Of a DNA stretch of 64,000 nucleotides, positions 24,585-38,010 are shown one piece after another. The position numbers and the translations under genes are program-made. The stretch comes from Eledone cirrhosa (lineage: Eukaryota). The notes below the pieces were generated by a model, which saw only the letters and a list, made by a program, of their open reading frames with translations, did no database searches and was not told the origin of the DNA. Location of the stretch: assembly GCA_964016885.1 (NCBI GenBank), contig OZ024743.1, positions 162,750,001 through 162,814,000 on the forward strand, written 5' to 3'. Numbering within the stretch: the stretch's first letter is position 1; each line of letters begins with the position of its first letter.

Positions 24585-27500
24585 TATAGAATGTTAGTAT
24601 CAGTGTATATATATTATTAAAAATAATAATTGCAGGTACATGTTGTGACATGGTTTTACTTCACAGAAGTCAAATAAATTAATAGAAATAATTTTTACCA
24701 CATGTTGATGGTCAGTTGGTCGCAACTCCCAGACTGGAGCGTGTAGAGAAAGAGAGAGAGAAGACAGGAGTCATCTCTTCATGAGACAGGATTCATCTCT
24801 AGGGAGAGAAAGCAGGAACTGTCTCTTGGTAAGGTTGAAGTGGTCTTTTCGGCTGCGGCGTAGGAAGTGAGAGTGCCTCAAGTTCTCAAATATATAGTCC
24901 CCAGGGGGACGCAACTCCATTTAGTACATGGATCTGCCACTGGGAGTCGCGACCGTCACAAAGGGACACAACTCCTATACGTTCTGAGTTCAAGTCGTAA
25001 GGAGTCGCTACAGTACCCTCCTCCAGACGATAGGTGAAAAGCCTGAAGGCAATTTTAGCGAACCCACAAGCATGGGCTCCCAACACAGGCATGAAATATT
25101 AACGAAAAGGTACATGTATACATAGTAATACAATAAAGAGAAAAACAAAAAAAAAAGGCTCCAGTGGCCAGTTCACATAAAAAGTTTTTCGCAGAGTTTT
25201 TTGGGCCAGTGGACTCTTCGACCGGAACGGGTCGTGGTCTTGTATGTAGGTGAAGGTGGGGCAGAAGGAGCAGGTGTATGCACAAGAAAGATTGGGGTAT
25301 TTGTGGCTCAGGTGTATGAACGTCATTGTATGCCCTTTTTAGTCTATCCACCAAAATTGTCTCTCTGGACCCCTTAATGTCTACAGTGAAATGTTTGTCA
25401 GTACGTGCTAACACACGGTAGGGTCCAGAGTACGGCTGTGTGAGGGGTGGAGTAACGGCGTCATTTCTGACGAATACATGTGTCCACGAGGCAATATCCC
25501 TCGGGACTGCAGCTTTAATAGTTTGTTTCCTAGTATTCATGGGCGGTAAGTCCTGAAAATAGGAGCACAAACGAGATACATAGGAAAGAGGATCCTGGAA
25601 AGCAAGATCAACAGGGGCAAGCATTTGCCCAGGCAACGCTAGAGGAGCACCATACAGTAATTCGGCCGGGGAGAACCCAAGGTCCTTCTTTATTGATGAC
25701 CGAATTCCTAACAACACAATAGGAAGGTACTCACTCCAACGTTGAGTCTGGATAGGCGCGAAGAGCGGTCTTTAATTGGCGGTGGAATCGTTCCACCATT
25801 CCGTTCGAAGCAGGATGATAAGCTGTGGTCCGAATCCGTTGAGCACCAATGATCTTTGTCAGCTCCGAGAAGTGATGAAACTTAAATTGTCTACCACGGT
25901 CTGTGGTGACTGTTGTTGGCACGCCAAAGCAGGTAATCCACCCTGATACCAGGGCACGCGCTATAGTCTCAGCAGTAATGTCTTTTAAGGGGATGGCTTC
26001 AGGCCATCGCGAAAAACGACCGATTCAGGTCAAGAGGTAAGAATATCCACTACTGAATGGCCAAGGTCCAACGATATCAATGTGGATGTGTTGAAACCGA
26101 GCATCTGGAGTACTGAAAGTACCAAGTGGAGTCCGGATGTGTCTGTGAACTTTAGATCTCTGACACTGTGTGCAGGAACGGCACCAGACAGTAATTTCTC
26201 GCCTCATATTGGGCCAGAAAAATCTAGCTGTTATGAGCTTTACTGTGGCTGAAATTCCTGGGTGAGAAATGCTGTGCAAAGCAAGGAACACAATTCGACG
26301 GTGAGTCTCAGGAACATAAGGTTGTCGTGAATCCGTAAATACATCACATAGAATCTGCCTGTCGGTGGTCGACAAGGGCAGATATTTGAAGATGCAAGTC
26401 GCAAACTTGGCAGAAAGAGTATCCAACGATTGGAGTGCAGGTTGGTCTGCAGCTAAACGACTTAAGTCGATCTCCTGGGATGACGAGATGGAGCTGATTG
26501 GCAAACGTGACAATGCATCTGCAGCTATGTTAAGCGAGCCAGCAATGTGCTGGATATCATTTGTAAATTGTGAAACGTAATCCAGGTGCCTTGTCTCTCT
26601 GGGTGAATATCTGTCGGCTTTAGCCCTCAAAGCGAAGGTCAGAGGTTTGTGGTCAGTTAAAACAGTAAAATTTCTCCCCTCAAGAATATGAGAGAAATGT
26701 TTCACCGACATATATGGCTAATAATTCCCGCCCAAATGTACTGTAACGCATTTCTGCTGGTTTCAGCTTCCTTGAGAAAAATGCCAAAGGTTGTTGGTTT
26801 ACAGCGTTGTACTGCTGTAAAACTGGTCCCACAGCAGTATCAGATGCATCAAACAAAGTGAAAGCTTGGCCTCTGGTATCAGGTGTGCTAGCAAAGTTGA
26901 ACTAGCGAGTGCTGTCTTGGCAGTCTGGAAGTCTTGAAGCTGTCCTTGTGTCAAGGAAATATCCTCATTCTTCTTACGACGATTTTTCAAAATGTCAGTA
27001 AGGGAAGATAGCAAATTAGCACAATGAGGAACGAAACGCCTATAGAAATTGATTAGGCCTAAGAAGTGACGCAACTGGTGAAGTGTAGTAGGCGGAGGTA
27101 AATCCTGTATGGCTTGAACTCACTGAGGAAGCAGCCTAATACCTTCGGTGTCGATGAGGTGGCCTAAAACTGGAGAGGAACTAGCGACGAGAAGATCGTC
27201 TATGTATGCATAAACGAAGTCTAGACCACAAGTGACTTCGTCTATGAACCGCTGAAAAGTGCTAGCGGCGTTCCTGAGTCCGAAAGGCATGGTAAAAAAT
27301 TCGAAGGATCCGAAAGCAGTTGTAATCGCTGTTTTCGAAATATCCTCCTTCCTGAACGGAATTTGGTGGGAAGCTCGCACTAAATCTAGTTTTGAGAAAA
27401 TCTTACACCCCTGCAATGAAGATGCGAAATCCTGGAGACGGGGGATGGGATACCTATCCGGGACGGTCATAGCATTTAACCTCCTATAATCCCCAGTGGG

Positions 27501-29922
27501 TCTCCAGTCGCCAGAAGTCTTGGGCACCATGTGTAACAGTGAAGCCCGCGGACTCGTAGATGGCGAATAATGCCCAGCTGCAGCATATGGTCGAACTCGG
27601 ACCATGCTGCCTTTAATTTGTCCGCCGGTAAGCGGCGTGGACGCGAAAACACTGGAGCACCAGTGGTGGAAATGAAATGTTCAGTTGAGTGGGTTGGCTC
27701 AGTGACTCGAAAATTTCCATCGGTGAGCTCCGGGAAAGAACCTAACAACGAATGGTAGGCGGCTCCAGCGGCAGCGATGAAGAATATGGGGCTGACCATT
27801 GGAGCATTGGCTTTCTGGCCACGAATTGAAAAACCGGTGATGTTATCCACCAGGCGTTGGCCACGGACGTCCACAGTCAAAGAAGTTGTGGAGGAAATCT
27901 GCTCCTAAGATAGGGTATGGCAAATCGGCAACCGTAAAAATCCACTTAAAATCCCTACGAAGATTTAGGAATTTGAGAGGAAGCGAGATTTGTCCATACG
28001 TCTTTATAGACGAGTGATTAACGGCCTGCAGAGTAACGGATGACTCCACGGGGGTATCTTTCAGGCAATGGACTGGCCAAATACTACAGGAGACTCCTGT
28101 ATCCACAAGGAAACCTCTTCCCGACATAAGGTCCTTAATGAAGAAATGGCGGTTTGGTGGCTTTATGTTGAGGTCAACTGCCCCCATCAGCGGACATCTT
28201 TGGCGTTTCCCGCTTTATGGAACGAGCAAGGTTGCATGCAGTGGTTCGCGCTCTCGGCAAAACGCTCGTGGTACCAGCATAAAGATGAAGCTGGTGACCC
28301 GGGGCGGCATCTAAAAGAATGAGATCTCCCGCAGTTCCGCGAACGGACACCACACCAGACCTTCATCTTCTGGAGCTCCAGGGTGAGTTCCTGAATGGAC
28401 TTCTGCATCGCCATAATGGCTGAGCTGTCTGCAGGAGCTGCTGCGCAGATGGCATGGCCAGGTGTGGCTGGTTGGGAAACAGTGGCAAGAACTTCACTGC
28501 CTCCAGCACCTGTGACTTCAAGCTGATCCACTGTGCAAGTGTCCCTAATGGGGGCCAAAATTGCCTGTACGTTGGTCGGTAGGCGCGAGAAGAACAACTG
28601 CTTCAACATGGCAGATTCCGCTACCGACCCCTCCTTTAGGTCCTTCATTCGCCTTAGGAGGTTCGATGGGGTGCCATCACCGATATGCTCCAATGGACCA
28701 GAGCCCTAAATCTTTTTTCTGTGAACTGTGCAGTCCGGCTGAGTATTTCAGCCTTCAGAGACTTGTACGTCGCGTCGGTTGGTGTCTCTAACACCAGGTC
28801 CATAATCGCTGGGATAAGTGCCGGCGGAATTGCATTAAGGACTAGGGGACGCTATCGTGCTTCGTCGATTCTGTTCGCCTCGATAAATGCTTCAAGTTGG
28901 GCGAACCATAACTTTACGTCGCCCGTGTACGTAGGTAGAACAGAATGAGATGCCATTGGTATGCCGTAGGTAATCTGCCAAAAATTGTCTGCAACACAAG
29001 GGAAAAGGAAAACAAAATCGCTTGTTTTTCTCTGTAAAACAACTGGACAGGAAAAAGAATGCATCCGAGACAATGTGTAAAGGAGCGACTAACCGAGCGA
29101 TGTCATTAACAAGGTTTAGGCAGGGAATTTAAAACTAAAACCAATATGGAGGACGATTTCGCGCCAAAAACACTTTTGATGGAGAAGAAAGCCGCCATCT
29201 TGTCATACTCAAAAATTTTAGCCAGAGAAAAGAAGAAAAAACATTCATACAATTGTTGTCTTGCTAGGAAGTTAGCAGCAATATCATTTTTTTTTTTGTG
29301 TTTGTGTGTAAATAAATGGAATGTTCGCTTTGCACATATGAGGAGTTTGATTGTTAAATGTTACAGATAAAGATGCTGAAATCAGTAAAATACAGCCAGA
29401 TCAGTATGAAACGTGTTCTGTATTAAATGTTTTTTAATTTTTTTTTTTTTTTATATATACACATAATACCGTTTCCTATTTTTTTTTTCGGTGTCTCCAA
29501 TTTAGAATATTAGTATCAGTGTATATATATTATTAAAAATAACAATAATTGCAGGTGCATGTTGTGACATGGTTTTACTTCACAGAAGTCAAATAAATTA
29601 ATAGAAATAATTGTTACATGTTGATGGTCACAATTCCCAGACTGGAGCGTGTAGAGAAAGAGAGAGAGAAGACAGGAGTCATCTCTTCATGAGACAGGAT
29701 TCATCTCTAGGGAGAGAAAGCAGGAACCGTCTCTTGGTAAGGTTGAAGTGGTCTTTTCGGCTGTGGCGTAGGAAGTAAGAGAGTGCCTCAAGTTCTCAAA
29801 TATATAGTCCCCAGGGGGACGCAACTCCATTTAGTACATGGATCTGCCACTGGGAGTCGCGACTGTCACAAAGGGACGTAACTCCTATACGTTCTGAGTT
29901 CCAGCTGTAAGGGGTCGCTACA
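24585..29922 (-). mobile_element. Full-structure but frameshifted Ty3/Gypsy LTR retrotransposon
   Basis: LTRs at 24585-25012 and 29501-29922, highly similar; gag (LWFAQLEA), PR (FLVDTG), RT (YAYIDDLL), RNase H (TDHKPL), integrase (HHCC, HIDIVGP, GPYRV) in Gypsy order; PPT next to 25012; degenerate PBS at 29488-29499; imperfect TSD agtt/attt. Confidence 0.96.
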
Positions 29923-30199
29923 ATTTAAGCTGAGAATTGGCACTGAGTACAAGCCCATTTCTGTCTATGTTCATCCTTCTGACCATACAAGGAATTCAAA
30001 ATTGATTGTGAATGGAAACTCCTATATGCTGGTGATCCATCCCTCAAAGAAAAAACTGTAGAAATAAAGAAATTACTAATATGGAAACAAAATCTGAAAT
30101 TAAAGGACTCTTAATATAAACCTAGGAAAAAACTAAAGTTTTCGTAAGTAAGAAAGAAGATGACTGCCACCATCAGGGAAATGGTGATGCTCAATATGC

Positions 30200-30880
30200 A
30201 GAAAAGGAATTGGTAAAAACCTTATGTGTCCATTGTATACAATGGACACACTAGAGGTGTAGTGAGATCATGCAGTGTTTGGTAGAGAAGACAGATTTCA
30301 TATGTGACAAGTGAACAGGAGTAAGGTCACTTGTGAAATAAATTTTCTCAAATGCTCAAAAGGTTCAGGAGAAATAGTAAATATCTTTTGCTATCTAGGT
30401 TGGAAGAAGTTAAGAGAGCTATTGCCTCTGCTAGCAACAAAGGGCTTCTCTCTTAAAAGTGAAGGGCAGATTGTATGATGCTTGTGTTCCAACTGCTATG
30501 CAATATTTGAGTGAGATTTAAACCATGAATGCAGAAAATTTGCAATGCATGGGAAGAAATGAAGCACGCATGCTCTGCTGGGTAGGTAATGTTAGTGTAC
30601 ATGAATGACAGCACAAATGATCTGAGAGTAAAAGTAAGTATAAGAAGAATCAAATGTAGTGTGCAAGAGAGTTGATTGTACTGGTATGAGTATGTGATGA
30701 ATAAGGAGAGTAAGAGTTAATAAAGGAGTGATGACCACTTGAATTAGATGGAACCTATGGAAGAGGGAGAACAAGGAAAACGGATTGAATTTATGAAGAA
30801 TGACTACACAAAAGAAATGTTACAGGATCATGATGAATGTTAATTCACTGCTAGAAAAGACCCACCCACCAGTACAGCAA
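30200..30880 (+). mobile_element. Highly decayed RTE LINE 3' fragment
   Basis: Residual FCYLG, KGFSLKVKGRLYDACV and gaaaagaccc terminal motifs. Confidence 0.7.
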
Positions 30881-30959
30881 CACTAAAAGTAAATGCTGTG
30901 AGAGATTATATGGAATGGAGAGGTCCTTTTTAAGTTGCAGTTGACAAAACAACCTCTTT

Positions 30960-31110
30960 TTTGATGGGTAGGCGAGAAATTGTCGGCCTCACAGTGAATG
31001 CCGAAAGTGCTTGACAGCCAGGAAAAATAGCCAACAGAGTTTTAGTTGCTTTGAAAAGAAAGTAAGAGGTTGAATCTGTTGTTGGGTCATTGGTGAAGTA
31101 ATTGTAGCTG
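30960..31110 (-). mobile_element. Old Gypsy RNase H remnant
   Basis: Minus strand reads QQQIQPLTFFSKQLK...LLAIFLAVKHFRH. Confidence 0.6.
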
Positions 31111-31249
31111 TGATCCCGTCATTCTAGGTGTGTTGGGTACAGCGATAAAGTTTTCTGCGGCTGCTTCACAAGGAAAAATGTGATGCCATGTTAGCATATC
31201 AACAAGAAAATTTTTTACATGGTGTGTTGACACAATACAAGAAAGGTTG

Positions 31250-33528
31250 TATAACAAAATACTGGTGTGTATGAATATAACAAGACACTAGGTTGTGTAT
31301 ATAAAGTTTAATTAACAAGTTGAAGTTATGTAGTATAGAATTGTTGACATGTCAAGAGTAGATGAAATATGAAGTAAATTTATAAGTTAGCTCGCAAGAG
31401 ACCATGTTTGGGTTGCCAGAGAGTAGAGACTCGGCGAACGCGCCTGGCCAAAGCCCAGCAGCCAAAAGGGAAAATGAGAGAGAGATTGCTCTGAGTAACC
31501 CTTTTATAGGGTCTCAAGACGGAAGTGACAAAAAGGGTTCTGCCACCCCAACGGGAAGTAACTCCAGCTACTTCCTGTCTAGAGAGCGTTAATCTATTGG
31601 TGATGTGATCGTCACAACAAGGGAGGTAACTCTTGCTACATTATCCCCCGCCAGATTTTTAAAACATAAAAATCGAATGAATCATGTATGAAGTAAGATG
31701 GCGAGCATGTTGTAACACCAAAGTCCAGGCATGAAAATTACGAAAAAAATAATGTTTGCAATAAAAGGAAAACAGCAAAATATATGCATGCAAAAATCAA
31801 TGATAGATATCAAGGTAGCCAACCGCCCTTGGCCAGAGAACGACTGGACATCTATCTATCCATCATTCAAAGATACAATGTAATCAAAGTAAAAGAAGAG
31901 GTCAAAGTTCAAAATACAGTTCACAGGTGTGCAATCACATGACAGCAGGAAAGAAAGTGTGTCCTCCAGAGAATGTATGCAGGTGGTCTCTGGTCTATGG
32001 TATAACGTGAAATTTCCAACCTCCGAAGAGATTTTCTCACAGGAAGAGTGTTGCAAAAATAAATTCTTTGGCTTGTTCTGCTGATTTTGGTTGTTGATGA
32101 AGCTGTGTTGTTGTTGATGTTGTTCTCTCGCGGAGTGAGCGTATTCGATGTTTAAATTCACAGTAAAAATTTTCCCAGAAAAAATGAGTTGCGCAAAGTG
32201 CTAGAAATAACAGGCAAAGTTGATGGTCGATGTTGAGAATGCGTTGACCTGGAAGGGTCAAGAGGCCAGCGACCAAAGAAATAAGCATTCTGAATAAATG
32301 CGCAGTTTTCAACGGCAAATTTACGTGGTAAATTTTTAAACCGGCAAATAGGAGAATATAGCTTAAGGCTGGAGAATCCTTGGCAAGAAACATTATCTAT
32401 GGCGTGTGGTATCTCAGCGAGTCGAGATGTGTGCTGCCCACACGTGCCGAAACAAGGTTATTGGCAGCCATTTTGAAAAACTCGTGTGTGAACGTGATAA
32501 TATGATGAAACAGAAAGAAAGGCATCACTTGGTATAACAAATATGGCGAGTTCAACTTTTTTGTGAACGATGAAAAAAGCTTGGTGGAAAGAATAAGCAA
32601 TAGTTGAGATTCAGCGAAAGTAAATGTTCATGTTGAAATGTGTAAAAAAAAAAAAAAAAAAAAATCAAATTTGTTTTTTTAAGTGTTCGTTGTAAGAAGA
32701 AACGAAAAACATATATATACATCCAGTGGAATGCGACACATAGTTGATGTGCGACACGTGCGTGAAAGGCAACATTTTCTGTTTATTTTGCTTGCTGAGA
32801 AAACATTTCTTTTTTGATGTGTTCGTTATAAGACAGTGTATGCGGAGAGAAATCCTTGTATAAGGTGGTCGGAGGGATTTCTTAGTCCGAAAAAAAAATA
32901 TATCACGTTAGGTGAGAGAAGAAGAGTCTGTCTGAACGAGAATTTCACATGTGCGTGCGTTCGTTTCTGTGTCTAAGTATTTTTCCTAGTTCGTTAATAA
33001 AGTTTGCTGCGTATTCGAAATGTTGGTCGACACATTCCAACGAAAATGGGGTACTGCTAATTAATTTTTTATATATATTCACACAACACCAGATCCTATC
33101 ATTTTTTTCTCGGGGTCACCACTTATAACAAAATACTGGTGTGTATGAATATAACAAGACACTAGGTTGTGTATATAAAGTTTAATTAACAAGTTGAAGT
33201 TATGTAGTATAGAATTGTTGACATGTCAAGAGTAGATGAAATATGAAGTAAAGTTATTTGTTACCGTTTTGAAGTTAGCTCGCAAGAGACCATGTTAGGG
33301 TTGCCAAAGAGTAGAGACTCGGCAAACGCGCCTGGCCGAAAACCAGCAGCCGAAAGGGCAAATGAGAGAGAGATCGCTCTGAGTATCCTTTTTATAGGGT
33401 CTCAAGACGGAAGTGACAAAAATGGTTCTGCCACCCCAACGGGAAGTAACTTCAGCTACTTCCTGTCTAGAGAGCGTTAATCTATTGGTGATGTGATCGT
33501 CACAACAAGGGAGGCAACTCTTGCTACA
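31250..33528 (-). mobile_element. Non-autonomous LTR retrotransposon (2.3 kb, non-coding interior)
   Basis: LTRs at 31250-31640 and 33124-33528; perfect 4-bp TSD GTTG; PBS TGGTGACCCCGA (33110-33121, tRNA-Trp-like); PPT aaaaatctggcgggggataa. Confidence 0.93.
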
Positions 33529-34429
33529 GTTGCATGTTGTTTTTTTAAAATACTACTTCTTATTTTTTTTAGAGGAACATTTAGTTCGGAAATGTTTGCA
33601 CGGCGGTTCGCTAGTTTAACAGAATTTTAAATGATATTAACATGAATGATAATATTTGTATTTGTGTGTGTATGTATCAACAGAGTTCAACATAGCAGCA
33701 AGTAATATGTAACCAGAATATGTAACAATAATGCATTTGTTTGTAATTGGAAAGGTATGGTTTGTTATATCAATACATGGAAGTTGAATTGAGGTTCGGC
33801 TGTAAGTCTCAGTTCTGCTGTGAATATAACTCTGGAAAAGAATATTTCCATATCACATTTAAAGGCAATGGCTGTGGTAAATAGCATCACAAGACTTTAG
33901 CATGTTTTTATATAATTTATTAACAAAGGTTAAGAGCTGGATTAAGCTGGCATGCTAAAACAAATGAAATAAGCCAATTAAGATTGCAAGAGAAGGTACG
34001 GTCAACTGGCTGAGGCATTGGGCCTGGCCAACGCCTCAGCCAATTGACGGTAGTAATGTTTTGTTGTTACATATTGTTTGTGCTTGCTGAACAAAAGAAG
34101 AATTGGTGTTTACCTTATGCCGTTGACGTGCAAAGAGATCGAATTTATTAAAAGAAGCGGGAAATTCTCCAAGCTGAAAATACATATCCGTGCGCGGATC
34201 ATGATTGGCTTAACTGAGCCAAATAACGTACAAAAAGGGTATCAATGCGCCAAAGGAAAGTAGCTTGCTACATGCCTATCATCTCCTTAAATGACTGTCA
34301 GAAATATTTGAATTCTCTCCTCCTCACGGCATACGAAGTTATTCTGTTTCTTGAACTTTATTTGCTTTTCATGTTTCTGGAGAGTCAATGAAAATACATT
34401 TCATGGCATACTAAGTTTGATTCTAATAA

Positions 34430-35035
34430 CTTGTATTATGATTGGTAAATTCCGACAATCTGGTGTAAGAATGGTTCCTTATATAGGCACAAGGCCAGCA
34501 ATTTTGGGGGAGGGGAAATCGATTAAATCGATCCCAGTGCATGACTGGTACTTTATTTTATCGACCCCGTAAGGATGAAAAGCAAAGTTAACCTCGGCGG
34601 GAGTTGAACTCAGATCATAAAGGGCCGTGACTATGCTGCAAAGCATGGCGTCCGACCATCTACCGATACTGCCAATCCACCGCCCTATGTTTATAACATT
34701 TAATAACTTCTATTATGATTGGTAAATTCCGACAATCTGGTGTAATAATGATTTCTGATTTAGGCACAAGGCCAACAATTTTGGAGTGGGTAAAAGTCGA
34801 TTAAATCGACTCTAGTGTGTTACTGGTCCTTTGAAATTAGTTACGGCCCTTTGCGTTTTGATTTCAAATCCCGCCGAGGGTAGCTTTGCCTTTCATCCTT
34901 ACGTGGTCAATATAATAAAGCGCCAGCAACATACTAGGGTCGATTTAATCGACTTTCCCCTCCCCCAAAATATGCCTTGTGCATAAATCAGAAACCATTA
35001 TTACACAAGATAGTCGGAATTTGCCGATCATTACC
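34430..35035. repeat. Cluster of SINE copies sharing one flank, in direct and inverted orientation
   Basis: Full minus copy at ~34470-34687, partial minus copy at ~34745-34830, plus copy at ~34830-35000; flank atgattggtaaattccgacaatctggtgtaa occurs three times. Confidence 0.75.
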
Positions 35036-36062
35036 GAATTATGTCGGAACAGCCGTGCACGGGCATACGACGATATTTACAGGCACTGACGTCCTTCAAT
35101 AATTTACTTTACTTTCTCTATGCTGGTATTCTCTTCCGAACAGTTTTATTGCTAAACAACCTGCTTGATTGGTAGAAAGCAATGATATATACACTTTATG
35201 ACCACGAGGTGAACTTTATTTATATATCATTATTATTATTGAAACGTCCATCATTCATAAAAGTCATCAAAATGAAAGTTTCGCGATGTTTCAAGACAAT
35301 TTTTTAAATCTCATTCTTTCATAGTGGGATTAATTGTATATCTTATATTTCCCCAGTTTTGTACAATTTTTATCTTTGATCTTTCTTCTTCATTTAATTG
35401 AAGATCACCAATACAGATGTTTTATCATTTGAGACCAAGCTGTTCTTTATAAATCGTCTTCACGAAAGAATTCAATGAACACCCAGAGATTTTGACATTT
35501 TTTAACCTGGCCATTTATTCTCTTCTTGCAGATTGTATTTTCCATATCACATTCACATTTGATATTCCATTTAACCACAATCAAACCTTGTCGGTATATG
35601 TTAGATTGTTAATTAATTCCAACATGTTACCACTTCCCGCCTTGACATCTACCAGTAATATATACTTACTGTCTTTCATTCCTAACCTATTTACGTTAAC
35701 AAGGGAACCTCTTGCAATCCCTCAACTTGTTAGAAATAACCAAATCTCCTTCTAGTAACACTCTACGCCCTGGAAAAAGAATGACACATTGGATAATCTA
35801 ATCCTAGATAGTCTATGCCTAAAAAGGGAATGGCTACGGCTTGAATGCCTTTCATTATAAGTCTACTTAATCGGAACTGATCTGGGACTAAACTACAACT
35901 TTCATTTTAAAAAAAATTAAGCCATAGAAAAATATACAAATTTCGGTGAACAGCTTTCCCCTCAGAGATGAATTTGTTTCATTTAAGTCGTTGACATGTA
36001 CTCTCTGGAAATGCATACACATAACGTTCCCGTTACTCAGTCTTATGAAAAAGCATTATATT

Positions 36063-36165
36063 GCTTCGAGGTTAACTTTGCCTTTCATCCTTACGGGGTC
36101 GATAAAATAAAGTACCAGTAATACACTGGGTAATTGATTGCCTTGTGCCTAACGTAGAAACAATT
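36063..36165 (+). mobile_element. Partial SINE
   Basis: gttaactttgcctttcatccttacggggtcgataaaataaagtaccagt. Confidence 0.75.
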
Positions 36166-37045
36166 ATATTGCTTTTGCTTTCGTCTTTGAAAAAACCATT
36201 GAGATGCAATACAACATCCACTTTCTAGGTATTAATCATTTCCATACTCCAAAGCTGATTTTGTTCTTGCTGTGAGAATATCAGTTATTTAGTAAATCTT
36301 CTATTGTAATTCTGTTAAATACTAATATTTAACTAATAGCAATACAATGACAACATTAAATCAAATTTGGTGTTTAATGCCCTTGGCACTCACACTTCGC
36401 CCTGTCATAACAGCTAATATACGCGCTAATGATGAGGCCCTCGATGTAGTTGTCGTCTATTATAATTCCACTAACATCTAGGATGTATTATACTAATATA
36501 AATCGATCCCAGTACTTCATTTTGTTGACTCCGAAAGGATGAAAGCAAATTTGAACTCAGAAGTAAAAAAAAGGCTGTACCTTCTAGAAATAGCCGACAG
36601 ATAGATTTCCTTCAAATCATAACTTACCGTCTTAAAAAAGAAAGGACACATTGGATAATGTAGCCCTAGATACAGTATGTCTCAATAAAAAAAAAGACTG
36701 GGTGGTCATTACTGGAATGCCTTTCATCATCAGTTGCGTTTTAATGCTTTTACCTGTGAAATAATCATTTAGAATTCTGGTCTATCATTTTCCACGGTAT
36801 TTTCTTTTTTTTACCTTCGTCTATTTATTTATATTTCCTTTCAAAAATTTATTTTAATTAAACCAAGTAAAACGAAATGATTTATATTTGATTGGATTTT
36901 TTTAATGAATAGAGTTTATCACAAATCTTTATGAGCTTGACAATAATAGATTTAGAGTTTATTTAATATACAGTGGGTTGCTTTCATAGTCTGGCATTAA
37001 AATAAATACTTTTTTTTTACCACAGAAGGTTCTTACTTCAGTTAA

Positions 37046-37279
37046 CCCATTTGTTACCATATTTCAGATGAAAGACACTGCCTATAATTTTCTAAAAGAT
37101 TTCAAAATTTATAATAGGGGCGGGGGTGTAATAAAACAACTAAATTTCTTATTTATATGGTGTTTTGAACATAAAAGTTCTTACATACAATTATGGTTAA
37201 AGGATTTTAGATATGTATAAATATTTAAGAATAAACAGATTTGTACCATAGAACCAGGAGCAGTTTGGTATCAAAAGGG
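37046..37279. mobile_element. piggyBac-like MITE
   Basis: TTAA|CCCATTTGTTACCA...TGGTATCAAAAGGG|TTAA. Confidence 0.7.
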
Positions 37280-37374
37280 TTAAAGGAAAACTTCGAAAAG
37301 AATTAACATTTAGTTACCAGAAATGTACAACTGAATCCAAACACTCAATCTCTAAGGATATACAAATACTAGTA

Positions 37375-37575
37375 ATAATGATTTCTACTATAGGCGTAAG
37401 GCCAGCAATTTGGGGAGATGGGAAAGTCGATTAAATCGACCCAAGTGCATTACTGTACTTTATTTTATCGACCCCGTAAAGATGAAAGGAAAAGCTACCC
37501 TTAGGGATTTGAACTCAGAACGTGAAGAGCCATAATTCTATGCCGCAGAGCATGGTGTCTCACTCTCTACTGATA
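37375..37575 (-). mobile_element. tRNA-derived SINE
   Basis: ttttatcgaccccgtaaagatgaaagg and gatttgaactc (reverse-complement B box). Confidence 0.75.
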
Positions 37576-37901
37576 AATAACAATAATATAGTGACAGACT
37601 CATTTGCATACACTGCTTTCTATTAGAAGTGTGGATTGGGCTTTGTCTTTGCATGAAAAAAAATAGGAACCTAATTATGCACAACTTTTAATAGCTATTT
37701 GTCTCTTTGTTAAAGGTGCAACAAACATAATCTACGTTTCATTTATAGTTCATGTATTTTTCTGGCTATTTTAATATGTGAACCCATATTTAATGTTTAA
37801 AACAGTCTTGCTGTATCATGTGGAACAGCATTCCAAAGAATTTATTTTTCCTGATATATTTTTCAGTTACAAGTGCTCTAATTTTGAGTAAAGAACATAG
37901 A

Positions 37902-38010
37902 ATGGTAGATTGGCTTCACTGCAACCTATGTTTCAACCAGCCTGGCAACGGTATTAAATTTTCTCTCACCAACTGTGGCCACGTTTACTGTGAAAAGTGT
38001 TTAAATGAAG
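37902..38010 (+). CDS. RNF212: RNF212/Zip3-family meiotic RING E3 ligase, first coding exon (exon starts at 37867 after a tttcag acceptor)
   Basis: MVDWLHCNLCFNQPGNGIKFSLTNCGHVYCEKCLNE(G), gtatgc donor; the N-terminal C3HC4 RING with FSLTNCGHVYC is typical of RNF212. RNF212 versus RNF212B orthology is not resolved. Confidence 0.88.

Noticed and set aside
31404-31592. 62-aa ORF duplicated at 33292-33480
   Set aside because: Lies within the two LTRs, antisense to the element; the duplication reflects LTR identity, not coding constraint
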